A stretch of 62,373 bases of DNA, counting the filler, from Anaerolineae bacterium (lineage in GTDB: Bacteria > Chloroflexota > Anaerolineae > Epilineales > Epilineaceae): assembly GCA_029262755.1 (NCBI GenBank). It is 7 parts of 7 records of this genome, joined end to end, with 100 filler letters (N's around TTAATTAATTAA, not from the genome) between each part and the next. Parts side by side here need not be neighbours in the genome. Positions count along the whole stretch, not along the records: positions 47,899 to 62,373 come from JAJCYU010000250.1; 6 more parts are not named here. One strand, given 5' to 3'. The notes under the pieces are model-generated. The model was not told the DNA's origin and did no database searches. It worked only from the letters and a program-made list of their open reading frames with translations. Below, one piece after another: positions 62,276 through 62,373 of this stretch. Within the stretch, counting starts at the first letter, position 1. Every line of letters starts with the position of its first letter. The position numbers were made by a program, and so were the translations under genes.

Positions 62276-62373
62276 CGCAGAGTTCCTCGAGTCGGTCGAT
62301 GGACCGGTACGTGGCCGCGGGTCCCGCGCGCGACGCGCCGATCATCGCGCAGCGCATGCCGGCGGCGGCCGCG
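62262..62373 (-). CDS. Probable HAD-family hydrolase, C-terminal fragment
   Basis: AAAAGMRCAMI...IDRLEELCDVID*, a typical HAD C-terminus; overlaps the UbiA start. Confidence 0.55.
   Translation of the reverse strand, partial: AAAAGMRCAMIGASRAGPAATYRSIDRLEELCDVID

Overview
The window is not one contiguous locus. It is seven GC-rich contigs (1-11735, 11836-20741, 20842-35866, 35967-39781, 39882-42498, 42599-47798, 47899-62373) joined by artificial 100-nt spacers (N44-TTAATTAATTAA-N44), so gene neighbourhoods hold only within a contig. The many Pro/Thr-rich exported proteins with a short 'YLP' motif suggest a Chloroflexota (Anaerolineae-like) genome or MAG (inference). Recognisable content: sseA-sufE plus a Cys-rich gene; a YVTN/di-haem cytochrome c surface protein; tRNA-Arg(UCG); purQ; a CoxD/CoxE-like MoxR-VWA pair; cardiolipin synthase; an RfaH/NusG paralogue; a gingipain/PorU-like C25 peptidase in a surface-protein cluster; SbcC (partial); rmlA-rmlB; Rieske-cytochrome b; a complete IS21; a paa-type beta-oxidation operon with a split PaaH; and a small defence island (VapBC, SauUSI-like PLD-helicase-DUF3427, truncated BrnT with BrnA). 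Best candidate for an undescribed system: a surface-protein sorting system. A recurrent hydrophobic-[YFWHA]-L-P-x-hydrophobic-(x-R) motif occurs 10 times in 9 unrelated exported proteins, and a catalytically intact C25 peptidase is translationally coupled to a putative substrate ending in an 'AVELxxF' domain. All family assignments come from motif recognition by eye; no database searches were run.
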